A stretch of 58,517 bases of DNA from an uncultured Candidatus Saccharibacteria bacterium (GTDB lineage: Bacteria; Patescibacteriota; Saccharimonadia; CAILAD01; GCA-016700035). Where the stretch lies: assembly GCA_964583675.1 (NCBI GenBank), contig CAZOVH010000004.1:39275-97791 (forward strand), read 5' to 3'. Positions 1 to 8,564 of the stretch are shown one piece after another. The notes beneath the pieces are model-generated. The model was not told the origin of the DNA, did no database searches, and saw nothing but the letters and a program-made list of their open reading frames with translations. Position numbers and translations under genes: made by a program. The first letter of the stretch is position 1. The number at the start of each line of letters is the position of its first letter.

Positions 1-77
1 GCCCCGATAGCTCAGCTGGATAGAGCAGGAGACTTCTAAGCTCAAGGTCGTAGGTTCGAATCCTACTCGGGGCGCCA
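1..77 (+). tRNA. tRNA-Arg (anticodon TCT), CCA encoded
   Basis: Hand-folded cloverleaf: acceptor 1-7/67-73 (7 bp), D stem GCTC/GAGC, T arm GTAGG-TTCGAAT-CCTAC, anticodon loop CTTCTAA. The anticodon stem has only 3 Watson-Crick pairs, flanked by purine-purine mismatches. Confidence 0.85.
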
Positions 78-78
78 T

Positions 79-156
79 GGTGGGTGTAGCTCAGTTGGTT
101 AGAGCGCCGGGTTGTGGTCCCGGAGGTCGTGGGTTCGAGACCCATCACTCACCCCA
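79..156 (+). tRNA. tRNA-His (anticodon GTG) with genomically encoded G-1 opposite C73, CCA encoded
   Basis: Acceptor GTGGGTG/CACTCAC, anticodon arm CCGGG-TTGTGGT-CCCGG, T loop TTCGAGA. An extra 5' G (pos 79) faces discriminator C, which is the His identity element. Confidence 0.9.
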
Positions 157-174
157 TAGCAATTATTAAAAAAC

Positions 175-198
175 GACTACTTCAGTGGAGTCTTTTTT
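175..198 (+). terminator. weak hairpin plus T6 run after the tRNA pair
   Basis: GACT..AGTC short stem followed by TCTTTTTTAT. The stem is imperfect. Confidence 0.35.
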
Positions 199-266
199 AT
201 TGACTTTTTACTTATTTTATACTAAAATAACATTCTATTTCGCACCTTTCTAAAGAAAGCAGATCC

Positions 267-539
267 ATGCAAGTACTCATCACCTGCTGGCAGCGCAGAC
301 TCGATTCCCTCGAATGGGATGAAGTGAGCTGCAACCTCGAACCACTGAGCTACATCTGCTCCCAAGTCAGCTCCACGCCGCGAGTCGAACTCGAGATCCG
401 AGGTGGCGAGATCAACATCACCTACGTCTCTGATGAAGACATCGCCTATTACCGCATCGAAGTAACCTACAACGCGCGCGATCGCGAAGAGGTTATCGAG
501 CGGCTGCGCGATGCTGCCTCTCTCCGGAGGCTTGCATAA
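267..539 (+). CDS. hypothetical 90-aa protein, first gene of a high-GC two-gene cassette
   Basis: Third codon positions are strongly G/C-biased in this frame. The stop overlaps the next start (TAATG at 537-541). The antisense ORF 222-545 is rejected. Confidence 0.55.
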   Translation: MQVLITCWQRRLDSLEWDEVSCNLEPLSYICSQVSSTPRVELEIRGGEINITYVSDEDIAYYRIEVTYNARDREEVIERLRDAASLRRLA

Positions 540-904
540 TGGCAACCATCTTGGTGATCGATGACGAACGCGCCTGGCCCAACTTCTATCGAGACATCGT
601 CAAGCCGGGAGTCAGCGTGCTCCATGCCTCAACCCTTGAAGAGGGCAAGGAGCACTTCGAAAAGTATCGCGACACCATCGCGCTGATCATCATCGATGGG
701 CGCGTTCGTGCCCCACTCGACGATTCGATTGCGCTCGTGCGATACCTCGCTGAAGAAGCTCACTTCACCGGTCCAATCGTGGCCGCTTCAGGCGACCCCA
801 CGAACAACGCCAAGCTCGTGAATGCCGGCTGCGAACGCTCGTGGTATTCCAAGTTCCCAGAGCGCGAAGAAGCTCGCGAGCACTACCCGGGCATCTTTGC
901 GTGA
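539..904 (+). CDS. stand-alone response-regulator receiver (CheY-like) domain protein
   Basis: ILVIDDE acidic pocket at the N-terminus, LIIIDG at the expected phospho-acceptor position, AASGD (T/S position) and a late K-x-P. There is no output domain. Confidence 0.6.
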   Translation: MATILVIDDERAWPNFYRDIVKPGVSVLHASTLEEGKEHFEKYRDTIALIIIDGRVRAPLDDSIALVRYLAEEAHFTGPIVAASGDPTNNAKLVNAGCERSWYSKFPEREEAREHYPGIFA

Positions 905-910
905 CCCAAC

Positions 911-937
911 CCCGCAGCTAACCCCTGCGGGTCTTTT
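911..937 (+). terminator. rho-independent terminator between convergent genes
   Basis: CCCGCAG-ctaaccc-CTGCGGG followed by TCTTTTAATT. Confidence 0.65.
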
Positions 938-1709
938 AATTAGCTCGACGAACTAATGGAGCGAGCCACTTACGCGGCACAAACCGACTTAAAAAAACAT
1001 TTAACTTATTGCGCGCACCAGGAATAATGATTAATTTTTCCTTGCGCAAACCGCTAGCCGCAATCTCTGCAACTTTGCGCGCATCGGCAGCTCGACCAAA
1101 AAGCTTACTACGAGTTGCATGCGCGCGGGTTTCAAAATTAGAACGTGTCGGGCCGGGGCACAATACCGAAACCTGCACACCTTTTGGGCGAAGTTCCTCT
1201 GCCACTGCCAACGAAAAACTTAGCACGTATGCCTTCGAGGCATAGTAGGTATCCATAAAGACCCCTGGAAAAAAGCTAGCAATAGAGGCTACGTTCAGGA
1301 TCTTTCCCTCACCGCGCTTAGCCATAGCTTTCGCAAAATATTTTGTAAGCCCGGTGAGACTCACGACATTTAGCTCTAAAAGCTCGCGCTCATCTTCCCA
1401 TTGAGTTTCTATAAATTCACCAAACACCCCAAAGCCCGCGTTATTTATAGCCACATCTACATGAATTTTTTCTTTGTGCAAAAAGGTATCGATTTTCTCT
1501 ACGGCATTTCTGGCGGTTAAATCCTGTACGATGCTCCAAGTTTTTACACCATATTCATGCTCAATCCCCAGCATTGCGTCACGTAATTGGCTCTCATTTT
1601 GCGCAAGACCAACAACATTATAGCCATCACGCGCAAACACATGCGCCAACTCAAGACCAATGCCGGAGCTCGCACCGGTAATAAAAACTGTTTCTGGACG
1701 CATATTCAT
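936..1709 (-). CDS. short-chain dehydrogenase/reductase (classical SDR)
   Basis: TGASSGIG cofactor motif, NNAG, and the YxxxK catalytic motif (YYASKAY). Confidence 0.85.
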   Translation of the reverse strand: MNMRPETVFITGASSGIGLELAHVFARDGYNVVGLAQNESQLRDAMLGIEHEYGVKTWSIVQDLTARNAVEKIDTFLHKEKIHVDVAINNAGFGVFGEFIETQWEDERELLELNVVSLTGLTKYFAKAMAKRGEGKILNVASIASFFPGVFMDTYYASKAYVLSFSLAVAEELRPKGVQVSVLCPGPTRSNFETRAHATRSKLFGRAADARKVAEIAASGLRKEKLIIIPGARNKLNVFLSRFVPRKWLAPLVRRAN

Positions 1710-1730
1710 ACTCCTAGTATATAGGAAACG

Positions 1731-3035
1731 CTACGAGCCGGGAGCAAGTAGCATCTTAGCGAGCGAGAGAAATACGAAAAACCCACCAACGTCAGTACAG
1801 GTAGTTATAAAGATTGTGGCAGATGTTGCCGGATCTTTACCGAGTGCTTTCATGATGAGCGGAATGAGCGCACCAAACAGTCCAGCAATAACTAAGTTTG
1901 CCACCATAGCGACAGCAAGCACCAGACCGAGCATTGGCGAATGATTAAATATAAGTGCCACCACTCCCACGATTAAACCATTCACTGCACCATTCATTGC
2001 GCCAGCTAAAACCTCATTGCCAATAAACTTCCAGCCCGAAGCTAAGTCGATTTCTTTTAAGACGATGCCGCGCACGGCAACTGCCATAGTTTGAGTTCCG
2101 GCGTTACCACCCATTCCTGCCACAATCGGCATATATACCGCCAAAAGCGTAATTGCCGCGATTGTATCCTCGAACATTCCAACCACAGATGCAGCAAGAA
2201 AAGCTGTGCCTAAGTTAATTGCTAGCCATAACCAACGGTGCTTAAACTTTTCGATTGGGCCATCAAGTGCATCTTCTTCATTCGACACACCGGCAAAACG
2301 AAAGAGGTCGCGCGTGGTTCGCTTATCGAGGATAGCCAGGATATCATCCGAGTGAATTATGCCTAGTATACTTTTATCTTCATCCATCACGACAACCTTA
2401 CGGTGTGGATGCTTTAAAAAGGTTGTAACTACCGCCCGTTCATCAGAGTTATAAATAAGCGATGGGAGATGGCGAGTGTTGTTTCCTATTTTTGTACTGG
2501 CTGGCTTGAGGGCCAAAATATATACCGGCAATTCGCCCAGCAACTTCGAAGCCTGATCCATGACCAAAATAATTGGCGGTCGACCAGTTTCAAGATCATG
2601 TTTTTCAATCAGCTTCGCGACATCACCAAAAGTCTGGTCCTGGTGAACTAAAATGTAATCAACATCCATCATACCGGCAGCGGTTTTCGGGTGGAAGCGC
2701 AGCAGAAACTCCACTTTTTCCCGCAATTGTTGTGAGAGCTGGTTCGTGAGGCGTTTGGCGCGAGCTTCTGGAAGTTGTCGCATGAGCTCGGTAGCCTGGT
2801 CTGGATCAACGCTATTGAGAACTGGAATAAGCTCGTGAGTATGGAGATTATTCATGATAGATTTTTGCACACGTGAAGCCTGACAGAGCAACACTCGCCC
2901 CTGATCAGCCGTATCAATACTACGGAAAATCTCCATACGCTGACGCGGCTTACGCAGCATCTTTTCAATCACATCTTTGTCGCCTATTTGGCATACAGCT
3001 GGAGGAGCTTTTTTCTTTTTGAGTAACGGAGCCAT
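1731..3035 (-). CDS. mgtE: magnesium transporter MgtE
   Basis: N-terminal MgtE_N-like region, a CBS pair, and a C-terminal 5-TM domain with the GNAGTQ signature. Confidence 0.9.
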   Translation of the reverse strand: MAPLLKKKKAPPAVCQIGDKDVIEKMLRKPRQRMEIFRSIDTADQGRVLLCQASRVQKSIMNNLHTHELIPVLNSVDPDQATELMRQLPEARAKRLTNQLSQQLREKVEFLLRFHPKTAAGMMDVDYILVHQDQTFGDVAKLIEKHDLETGRPPIILVMDQASKLLGELPVYILALKPASTKIGNNTRHLPSLIYNSDERAVVTTFLKHPHRKVVVMDEDKSILGIIHSDDILAILDKRTTRDLFRFAGVSNEEDALDGPIEKFKHRWLWLAINLGTAFLAASVVGMFEDTIAAITLLAVYMPIVAGMGGNAGTQTMAVAVRGIVLKEIDLASGWKFIGNEVLAGAMNGAVNGLIVGVVALIFNHSPMLGLVLAVAMVANLVIAGLFGALIPLIMKALGKDPATSATIFITTCTDVGGFFVFLSLAKMLLAPGS

Positions 3036-3075
3036 AATTAGCCCACATTATACCTCTTACGTTAGGAATATGCGA

Positions 3076-3876
3076 CTAAATATCAGTTTGGCGCTCGACT
3101 CGCTCAATCGATCGAGCAAGGCCGGTTTTTGTATCGATATCAATAAGTACAGCATTGAGAGTCGCAGGTCCCGACGTTGGTACTTCGTGACGACGTGGCG
3201 CATTTTCTAGCCAGCGGTAAATTATCACCTCTTTCTGCACTCCCAAAACAGTATTGTCTGGGCCGGTCATACCAACATCAGAAATATGAGCAGTGCCCTT
3301 GGGTAAAACGCGCGCATCCGCCGTGGCAACATGAGTATGTGTTCCTACCACCGCGCTTACTCGACCATCAAAATAATGCCCAGCTGCAACTTTTTCGCTC
3401 GTTAAGTCACCATGCAAATCTATAAGCGATCCGGCAATCTGCTCGCCGGCATGAGCGGCCAGAATCTCATCAACTTTTTTGAGCGGGTGCGATTGGTCGG
3501 ATTGATCGGCATTATATCGACTCCCTTCAACGGAGATGAGTAAAAATTTACCATAAGGCGTGTCGAGCGTTAACGAACCCCTACCCGGCATTGTGTCTGG
3601 ATAGTTTGCGGGTCGCAGTACCGGCAAAGAGTGGTCTTCAAAGTATGGGTAAAATACAGCTTTTTTAAAGCTATGATTTCCGCCCGTAAAAGCATCCATG
3701 CCAGCGTCCATAAGTTCCCGCACGGCCTTGATGGTAAGCCCGTTACCGGTCGTCATATTCTCCGACTGTGCTATTACCAAATCAAGTTCCAGCTCATGCC
3801 GTAAATCCGGCAAGAGTTTTTGCACGGTGCGACGCCCAATACGCGCAACAACATCTCCTATAAATAGAACTTTCAA
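3076..3876 (-). CDS. ymdB: YmdB-family metallophosphoesterase (2',3'-cyclic-nucleotide phosphodiesterase type)
   Basis: MKVLFIGDVV.R.GR N-terminus, GNH and GTHTHV metal-binding motifs, and the conserved position next to rny. Confidence 0.85.
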   Translation of the reverse strand: MKVLFIGDVVARIGRRTVQKLLPDLRHELELDLVIAQSENMTTGNGLTIKAVRELMDAGMDAFTGGNHSFKKAVFYPYFEDHSLPVLRPANYPDTMPGRGSLTLDTPYGKFLLISVEGSRYNADQSDQSHPLKKVDEILAAHAGEQIAGSLIDLHGDLTSEKVAAGHYFDGRVSAVVGTHTHVATADARVLPKGTAHISDVGMTGPDNTVLGVQKEVIIYRWLENAPRRHEVPTSGPATLNAVLIDIDTKTGLARSIERVERQTDI

Positions 3877-4208
3877 GCCAATTGTTCCTCATCAAGTAAG
3901 GGATAAATGTCGAATGCTACTTCTTCATATGGATGAGCTTTCTTCATTGCAGCAATTGCTAATGTAGCCTTTGATTTTTCACACACTACCTCAACTCTTT
4001 CCTCTTCCACTACCTCATCAACTCCCGACTCTCCTATATGCGGACTCGCCTTATCGGAAGGCAAGAATCTACCTTTTCCAACAACACTAAAGCTACAGAA
4101 AGAATATTCACCAAGCACACCAGCTCCAGCGGTGCCGAGTGCGCGCCTGACTTCACCGGCGTTTTCTCTTGGTATAAAAGTTACGATCTTAACGCGTGAA
4201 AACTCCAC
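3873..4208 (-). CDS. small protein resembling the PII-like insert of NIF3/YqfO proteins (COG3323-type)
   Basis: 111 aa. The KIVTFIP..NAGEVRRAL .. HPYEEVAFDIYPL pattern was recalled from that family. 4-nt overlaps on both sides place it in the rny-ymdB operon. Confidence 0.45.
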   Translation of the reverse strand: MEFSRVKIVTFIPRENAGEVRRALGTAGAGVLGEYSFCSFSVVGKGRFLPSDKASPHIGESGVDEVVEEERVEVVCEKSKATLAIAAMKKAHPYEEVAFDIYPLLDEEQLA

Positions 4209-5722
4209 TATTTTGCGTACTCCTCGGCGCGAGTTTCACGAATCACATTTACTTTAATCGTTCCAGGATATTTCAACGTCGCTTCAATCTTTGTGGCAAT
4301 GTCGCGCGCCAGCTTAATTGCCGAAAGATCATCTACATCGGCCGGTTTTACGAATACACGAATTTCGCGACCGGCTGACATGGCATATGTTTTCTGGAGG
4401 CCAGGAAACGTGTTGGCAATGTTTTCGAGATCTTTCATACGCTTAGCAAAGTTCTCAACCGAATCGCCGCGTGCACCTGGACGACCAGCAGAAAGCGCAT
4501 CAACCGCTCGCACAATTACTGCTTCTGGGGTAGTAGCTTCGATATCATCGTGATGCGCCTCGGCTGCGTGAATAGTCGGTTCGTCCAGACCGTATTTTTC
4601 TAAGAGTACACGAGTGAGGTGGTGATGTTTACCTTCCATCTCGTGCGTCACTGCCTTACCAAGATCGTGAAGGTAAGCCGCTCGGCGAGAGATACGCACA
4701 TCTGCGCCAACTTCCTCGGCAATCATGGCAGCAAGGTGCGCCATCTCTATCGAGTGCTTTAAGACATTTTGCGAGTAGCTGGTGCGGAACTTCATCGAGC
4801 CCATCAAACGAACTACCTCCGGCGGCAAGCCAACTACGCCAGCCTCCCGACCAGCCTCTTCGCCGGCTTTTTTAATTTCGTCTTCAATCTCGTTCTGAGC
4901 TTTCTTTACAACTTCTTCAATGCGCGCTGGATGAATGCGTCCATCCTTAATAAGCTTCTCTAGCGCGACACGGGCAACCTGACGACGTACCGGGTCAAAA
5001 CCAGAAACAACGACAACACCTGGTGTTTCATCTACCAAAATATCTACACCCGTTGCTCGTTCTAAGGCCTGAATGTTCCTGCCTTCTTTCCCAATAATGC
5101 GACCTTTCACGTCATCACTTGGGAGCGGCACTGTTGTTACCACACGCTCAGTCGCAACCTCAGTCGCCATACGCTCCATGGCTTCCACCATAATTTCCGC
5201 AGCGTTGTGGTCTGCCATTTCTTTAGCTTCTTTTTTACGCTTTTCGATGTACTCCACTAAATCATGCTTAATATCTTTTTCAGTCATTTCCATGATCTTT
5301 TTGGTGGCATCAGCTTTTTTGAGTTTAGCAATTTTTTCCAGGTTTTCTTCCTGTTTTTTACGAATCGCACGAAGCTCATCCTTAATGGCGTCAATCTCTT
5401 TCTCACTCGCCTTCAAGTTATCGCTCTTGCGCTCAAGCTCTGAAAATTTATCATCCAAATTTGCTTCTCGATTAGCAACACGCTTTTCGGCATCATCGAG
5501 TTTTTCACGACGACGCTTCTCATCAGCCTTGGCTTCCTCGGAAATTTTCACCGATTCTTCTTTTGCAGCCAGTGTAATTTCCTTCGCTTTCGCTTTTGCG
5601 TTATCGATTACTTTTTTTGCTTCACCTTCTGCAGCTTTGGTGCGCGTTTTATCGTAGGCAGTTTTTGCGCCCACGCCAGCGGCCAGCGCAACAATTGCAA
5701 CGCCAAGTGTAATTGGTTCCAT
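4208..5722 (-). CDS. rny: ribonuclease Y
   Basis: N-terminal TM helix, a long Lys/Glu coiled region, a KH domain (GRIIGKEGRNI) and an HD domain (HDLGK). Confidence 0.95.
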   Translation of the reverse strand: MEPITLGVAIVALAAGVGAKTAYDKTRTKAAEGEAKKVIDNAKAKAKEITLAAKEESVKISEEAKADEKRRREKLDDAEKRVANREANLDDKFSELERKSDNLKASEKEIDAIKDELRAIRKKQEENLEKIAKLKKADATKKIMEMTEKDIKHDLVEYIEKRKKEAKEMADHNAAEIMVEAMERMATEVATERVVTTVPLPSDDVKGRIIGKEGRNIQALERATGVDILVDETPGVVVVSGFDPVRRQVARVALEKLIKDGRIHPARIEEVVKKAQNEIEDEIKKAGEEAGREAGVVGLPPEVVRLMGSMKFRTSYSQNVLKHSIEMAHLAAMIAEEVGADVRISRRAAYLHDLGKAVTHEMEGKHHHLTRVLLEKYGLDEPTIHAAEAHHDDIEATTPEAVIVRAVDALSAGRPGARGDSVENFAKRMKDLENIANTFPGLQKTYAMSAGREIRVFVKPADVDDLSAIKLARDIATKIEATLKYPGTIKVNVIRETRAEEYAK

Positions 5723-5887
5723 AATTCACCTCATTTCTACATCAATCAGCAGTCGGTGGGGCTGCAAAATTGGTCAAATTATAATGTGTTGTATTTCAAA
5801 AAATAATCAAAAAACAGATTTACTGTACATCACTATTGTTCGCCTTTTCGGGCCAGAGTGCAAGCTTAAGGAGGTATACTATGAGAT

Positions 5888-6331
5888 ATGGAAAGAGGCC
5901 CAAAAACCCCAAATGCTTATTATCGCGTAAGTGTAAAAGCACTCATAACAAATGATGAAGGTAAAATTCTTGTAGTAAATGAGCGTGGCTTAGGCTGGGA
6001 TTTGCCTGGTGGCGGCTTGGATTGGGGCGAAAGCGCTGGCGACACTTTAAAAAGAGAACTTCTAGAAGAACTCGGCTGTACGGCCGAAATTGATGAGTAT
6101 CCATGTCTTATCGCGCCATCTAGTGCAAAAGAATACGACCGACATGTGTTATGGATAGTCTACAAGGCCAAAATCAAACCCGAAGAAATTCAAAAAACCG
6201 ATGAAGTGAGCGAATTTGCTTTTGTGAGTGTAGAAGATTTTCAGAATAACGAAGAAAAGTATGAAGCAATGACCTGGGAAAGTCCGATTGATTTCTGGGG
6301 CGAGCTTAAGAAGTTAGTTAGCAATACCTAA
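5888..6331 (+). CDS. NUDIX hydrolase
   Basis: Nudix box GGGLDWGESAGDTLKRELLEELG. AAGGAGG lies at 5868-5874. Confidence 0.85.
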   Translation: MERGPKTPNAYYRVSVKALITNDEGKILVVNERGLGWDLPGGGLDWGESAGDTLKRELLEELGCTAEIDEYPCLIAPSSAKEYDRHVLWIVYKAKIKPEEIQKTDEVSEFAFVSVEDFQNNEEKYEAMTWESPIDFWGELKKLVSNT

Positions 6332-6717
6332 TTTTTTGGTTTTGTAATATTGGGTTCGCGATCGTACGTCGGGACAACATATTTGCCAGATTCGGCGTGG
6401 GCAAGTTTTTGCACACCCTCATGTAGCCAATTTTCCCCTTCACCCGCTGCAACGGGGATATTGTTTGAATACGCTAGAGCATTTGCGACTGTCGCGCCAA
6501 TGCGCAAACCCGTAAAGGAACCACTACCAGAGAATACTATGATTCCGGAAAGTTTTTCGGTAGAAGCATGATGTTCTGCTAAGAAAGTCTGGATTTTATT
6601 TACCAAAGTTGCGGCCAATGTACGATGAGCTTCCCATTCGTATCTCGCAACTTCTTTGCTGTCCTCCAATAAAATCAGTTCCGCCAAAGGTTTATCGGTT
6701 CTCAGTGCCAGTATCAT
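6328..6717 (-). CDS. tsaB: tRNA t6A biosynthesis protein TsaB (YeaZ)
   Basis: ILALRT... GSGSFTGLRIG motif. The start is moved to the internal ATG that forms an ATGA overlap with the tsaE stop (6714-6717). Confidence 0.8.
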   Translation of the reverse strand: MILALRTDKPLAELILLEDSKEVARYEWEAHRTLAATLVNKIQTFLAEHHASTEKLSGIIVFSGSGSFTGLRIGATVANALAYSNNIPVAAGEGENWLHEGVQKLAHAESGKYVVPTYDREPNITKPKN

Positions 6718-7217
6718 TCTAGAGCCTCCAATTCTTGTTTGGCTGTTGCCAGTCTTTTTTGTGATGACTCGCCGGTACCACACACTTCATAGCGCCGAGT
6801 GTTTTCATCGATAAAATGTACTTCTACCACAAACCTATCCTCTGTAAGATGCTCACGAAAGTTATCTGCCCACTCTACACAGATTATCGAGTCACCAGCT
6901 GCAATTACCTCGCGCATTTCTTCTAAAAGAATTTCATCGTCTCCCAAACGATATAAATCGTAATGCTCAAGCGTACCGCCGGTAGGGATTCTGTACGATC
7001 GCTGAATGTTATACGTCGGGCTGGTTACGGTTTGTTCTATACCAAGCCCAGCGGCAATACCTTTAATAAGCGTGGTTTTGCCACCACCAAGATCTCCAAC
7101 AAACTCCAGCACATCACCAAGCTGCAAGATTGCGCCAAGTTTACGACCGAGCGCTAAGCTTTGCTCGTAGCCTGACGAAGAAAGATGTAATTTCTGGTCT
7201 GTACTCATATACTCCAT
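6714..7217 (-). CDS. tsaE: tRNA t6A biosynthesis ATPase TsaE (YjeE)
   Basis: GDLGGGKTT P-loop about 40 aa from the N-terminus, SPTY, and the HYDLYR motif. Confidence 0.85.
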   Translation of the reverse strand: MEYMSTDQKLHLSSSGYEQSLALGRKLGAILQLGDVLEFVGDLGGGKTTLIKGIAAGLGIEQTVTSPTYNIQRSYRIPTGGTLEHYDLYRLGDDEILLEEMREVIAAGDSIICVEWADNFREHLTEDRFVVEVHFIDENTRRYEVCGTGESSQKRLATAKQELEALE

Positions 7218-8430
7218 ATCCTACCGCGAGAACACCCAATCCCGCCACTAACCACGTCCACGGAACTGACTCTGCTTGCGAATCAATCATATCGGCAGTA
7301 TTATTCGCCGCGCTTGCAGCTGCAGTCTTGGCAAGCTTCGGTGTCTTTGCTTTTGCAGATTTAGCCTTTTTCTTGGTAGATTTCGCGGTTGTTTTCTTTG
7401 CCTTAGCCTTGGTGGCTGCTGCCGCAACAACATCCTGACTGGCGAGTAAGCTGTTTGCTGCATTGGGCGTTGGGTTTGCTAGCCAGCCCCAGCCTTCAGC
7501 GCTCGATCCATATGTCAAACCTTCCTCAGCAGCGCCATAATCCGGTGTAGTCATCACAATTTCGCCAGCTGGGTTCAGAAGCGCAACTGTATCCCCAGAA
7601 TTATTAAGAGAAATTTTTGTCTGCGAAGACATGAGTGCCAAGTATTGACCTGACTGCAAACTCACACCATCAAGAGAAGCTGAATGACCTGCGGCATCGC
7701 GCAGCTTCCAGCCACTTAAAAGTACGCTTTCTGCCCCTGCGTTAAAAAGCTCAATGAACTCATCCGAGCTATCGTTTGCTGGGCTAGTCGGATCAGGAAA
7801 TAATTCTGTAATTTCTACTGTTGCGTCTACTCCAGTCTGTACGGGTGCTGGGTTGGTTGGATCGGGATTGGATGGAGCCTCAGTCACAATATCAATGTTA
7901 ACCGCCTCAAAATCAGCCACATTATTTTGCGTATCAATCAGTTGACCAGATGCATCCGATTTGCGTGTAAGAGCCTGGCCTGCCACCATCGCTGAAGCCG
8001 CGACGCCTTCAGCTGCGTCACCTGTGCCCCAAGCCAAAGCATCGATGACTTCTCCTGCAGAAGAAATAATTCTAGTGTTACCGCCACTTTGTGCAAATCC
8101 ACTATCAAGTTCACCGTTACGTTCTCGCTTAGTCGCAAGCACGTAATCTTCACCACTAGCAATTGCTGTGCCGGCGGCCACTTTAGCTTTCTCGTACCAA
8201 TTTTTACCTGTAGCTGACTTATACTCAACGACGAGCCCACTGATATCTACGACTGCAAGACTGGCATTATGCAAAATTACAAATTCGTCAGTCGCATCAG
8301 ATGGAGAACCAAAATATGCCTGATAAATTACTACGTCGGCAGAGCTTTGACCAACCTCAGCCTGAGCGACCTGGACCGTTGGTGCCAAGGCAAATACTGC
8401 TGTCAAAATTCCTAAAAGTACACGCTTCAT
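7141..8430 (-). CDS. secreted, membrane-anchored protein with two lamin-tail (LTD) domains and a Lys/Ala-rich tract
   Basis: Signal peptide; two DEF(V/I)ELxN LTD signatures; AKAKKTTAKSTKKKAKSAKAKTPKLAK tract; C-terminal TM helix. Confidence 0.7.
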   Translation of the reverse strand: MKRVLLGILTAVFALAPTVQVAQAEVGQSSADVVIYQAYFGSPSDATDEFVILHNASLAVVDISGLVVEYKSATGKNWYEKAKVAAGTAIASGEDYVLATKRERNGELDSGFAQSGGNTRIISSAGEVIDALAWGTGDAAEGVAASAMVAGQALTRKSDASGQLIDTQNNVADFEAVNIDIVTEAPSNPDPTNPAPVQTGVDATVEITELFPDPTSPANDSSDEFIELFNAGAESVLLSGWKLRDAAGHSASLDGVSLQSGQYLALMSSQTKISLNNSGDTVALLNPAGEIVMTTPDYGAAEEGLTYGSSAEGWGWLANPTPNAANSLLASQDVVAAAATKAKAKKTTAKSTKKKAKSAKAKTPKLAKTAAASAANNTADMIDSQAESVPWTWLVAGLGVLAVGYGVYEYRPEITSFFVRLRAKLSARS

Positions 8431-8564
8431 TATTCCCCCTGTTTTTTCAACTGTTCCCCACCATACACCCGCCGAAAACCGAAAGTAAAGCGTATGCGCA
8501 ATGCATTTCTCGAAAAACCCAGCCCAACAGATGATTTTTATACATCTTGCTTATGCTAAAATGA

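Noticed and set aside
222-545. 107-aa minus-strand ORF overlapping the 267-539 plus-strand ORF.
   Set aside because: The G/C bias falls on third positions of the plus-strand frame, and the plus ORF is coupled (TAATG) to the receiver gene. The minus ORF is a high-GC shadow.
5073-5657. 194-aa plus-strand ORF inside rny, and the similar 34002-34586 ORF inside dnaK.
   Set aside because: These are Ser/Phe/Ala-rich translations of the antisense of Lys/Glu-rich coding sequence, so they are shadow ORFs inside confidently identified genes.
5881-5955. 24-codon basic mini-ORF (MRYGKRPKNPKCLLSRKCKSTHNK) whose ATG is ideally spaced (6 nt) from the AAGGAGG upstream of the NUDIX gene.
   Set aside because: It cannot be distinguished from chance. 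The NUDIX ATG at 5888 is 13 nt from the same SD, which is still usable, and the NUDIX N-terminus looks complete. Kept only as a note.
6718-6783. Upstream extension of tsaB to the ATG at 6783.
   Set aside because: The extension overlaps tsaE by 70 nt and adds a non-conserved, basic N-terminus. The internal ATG forms a classic ATGA junction with the tsaE stop.
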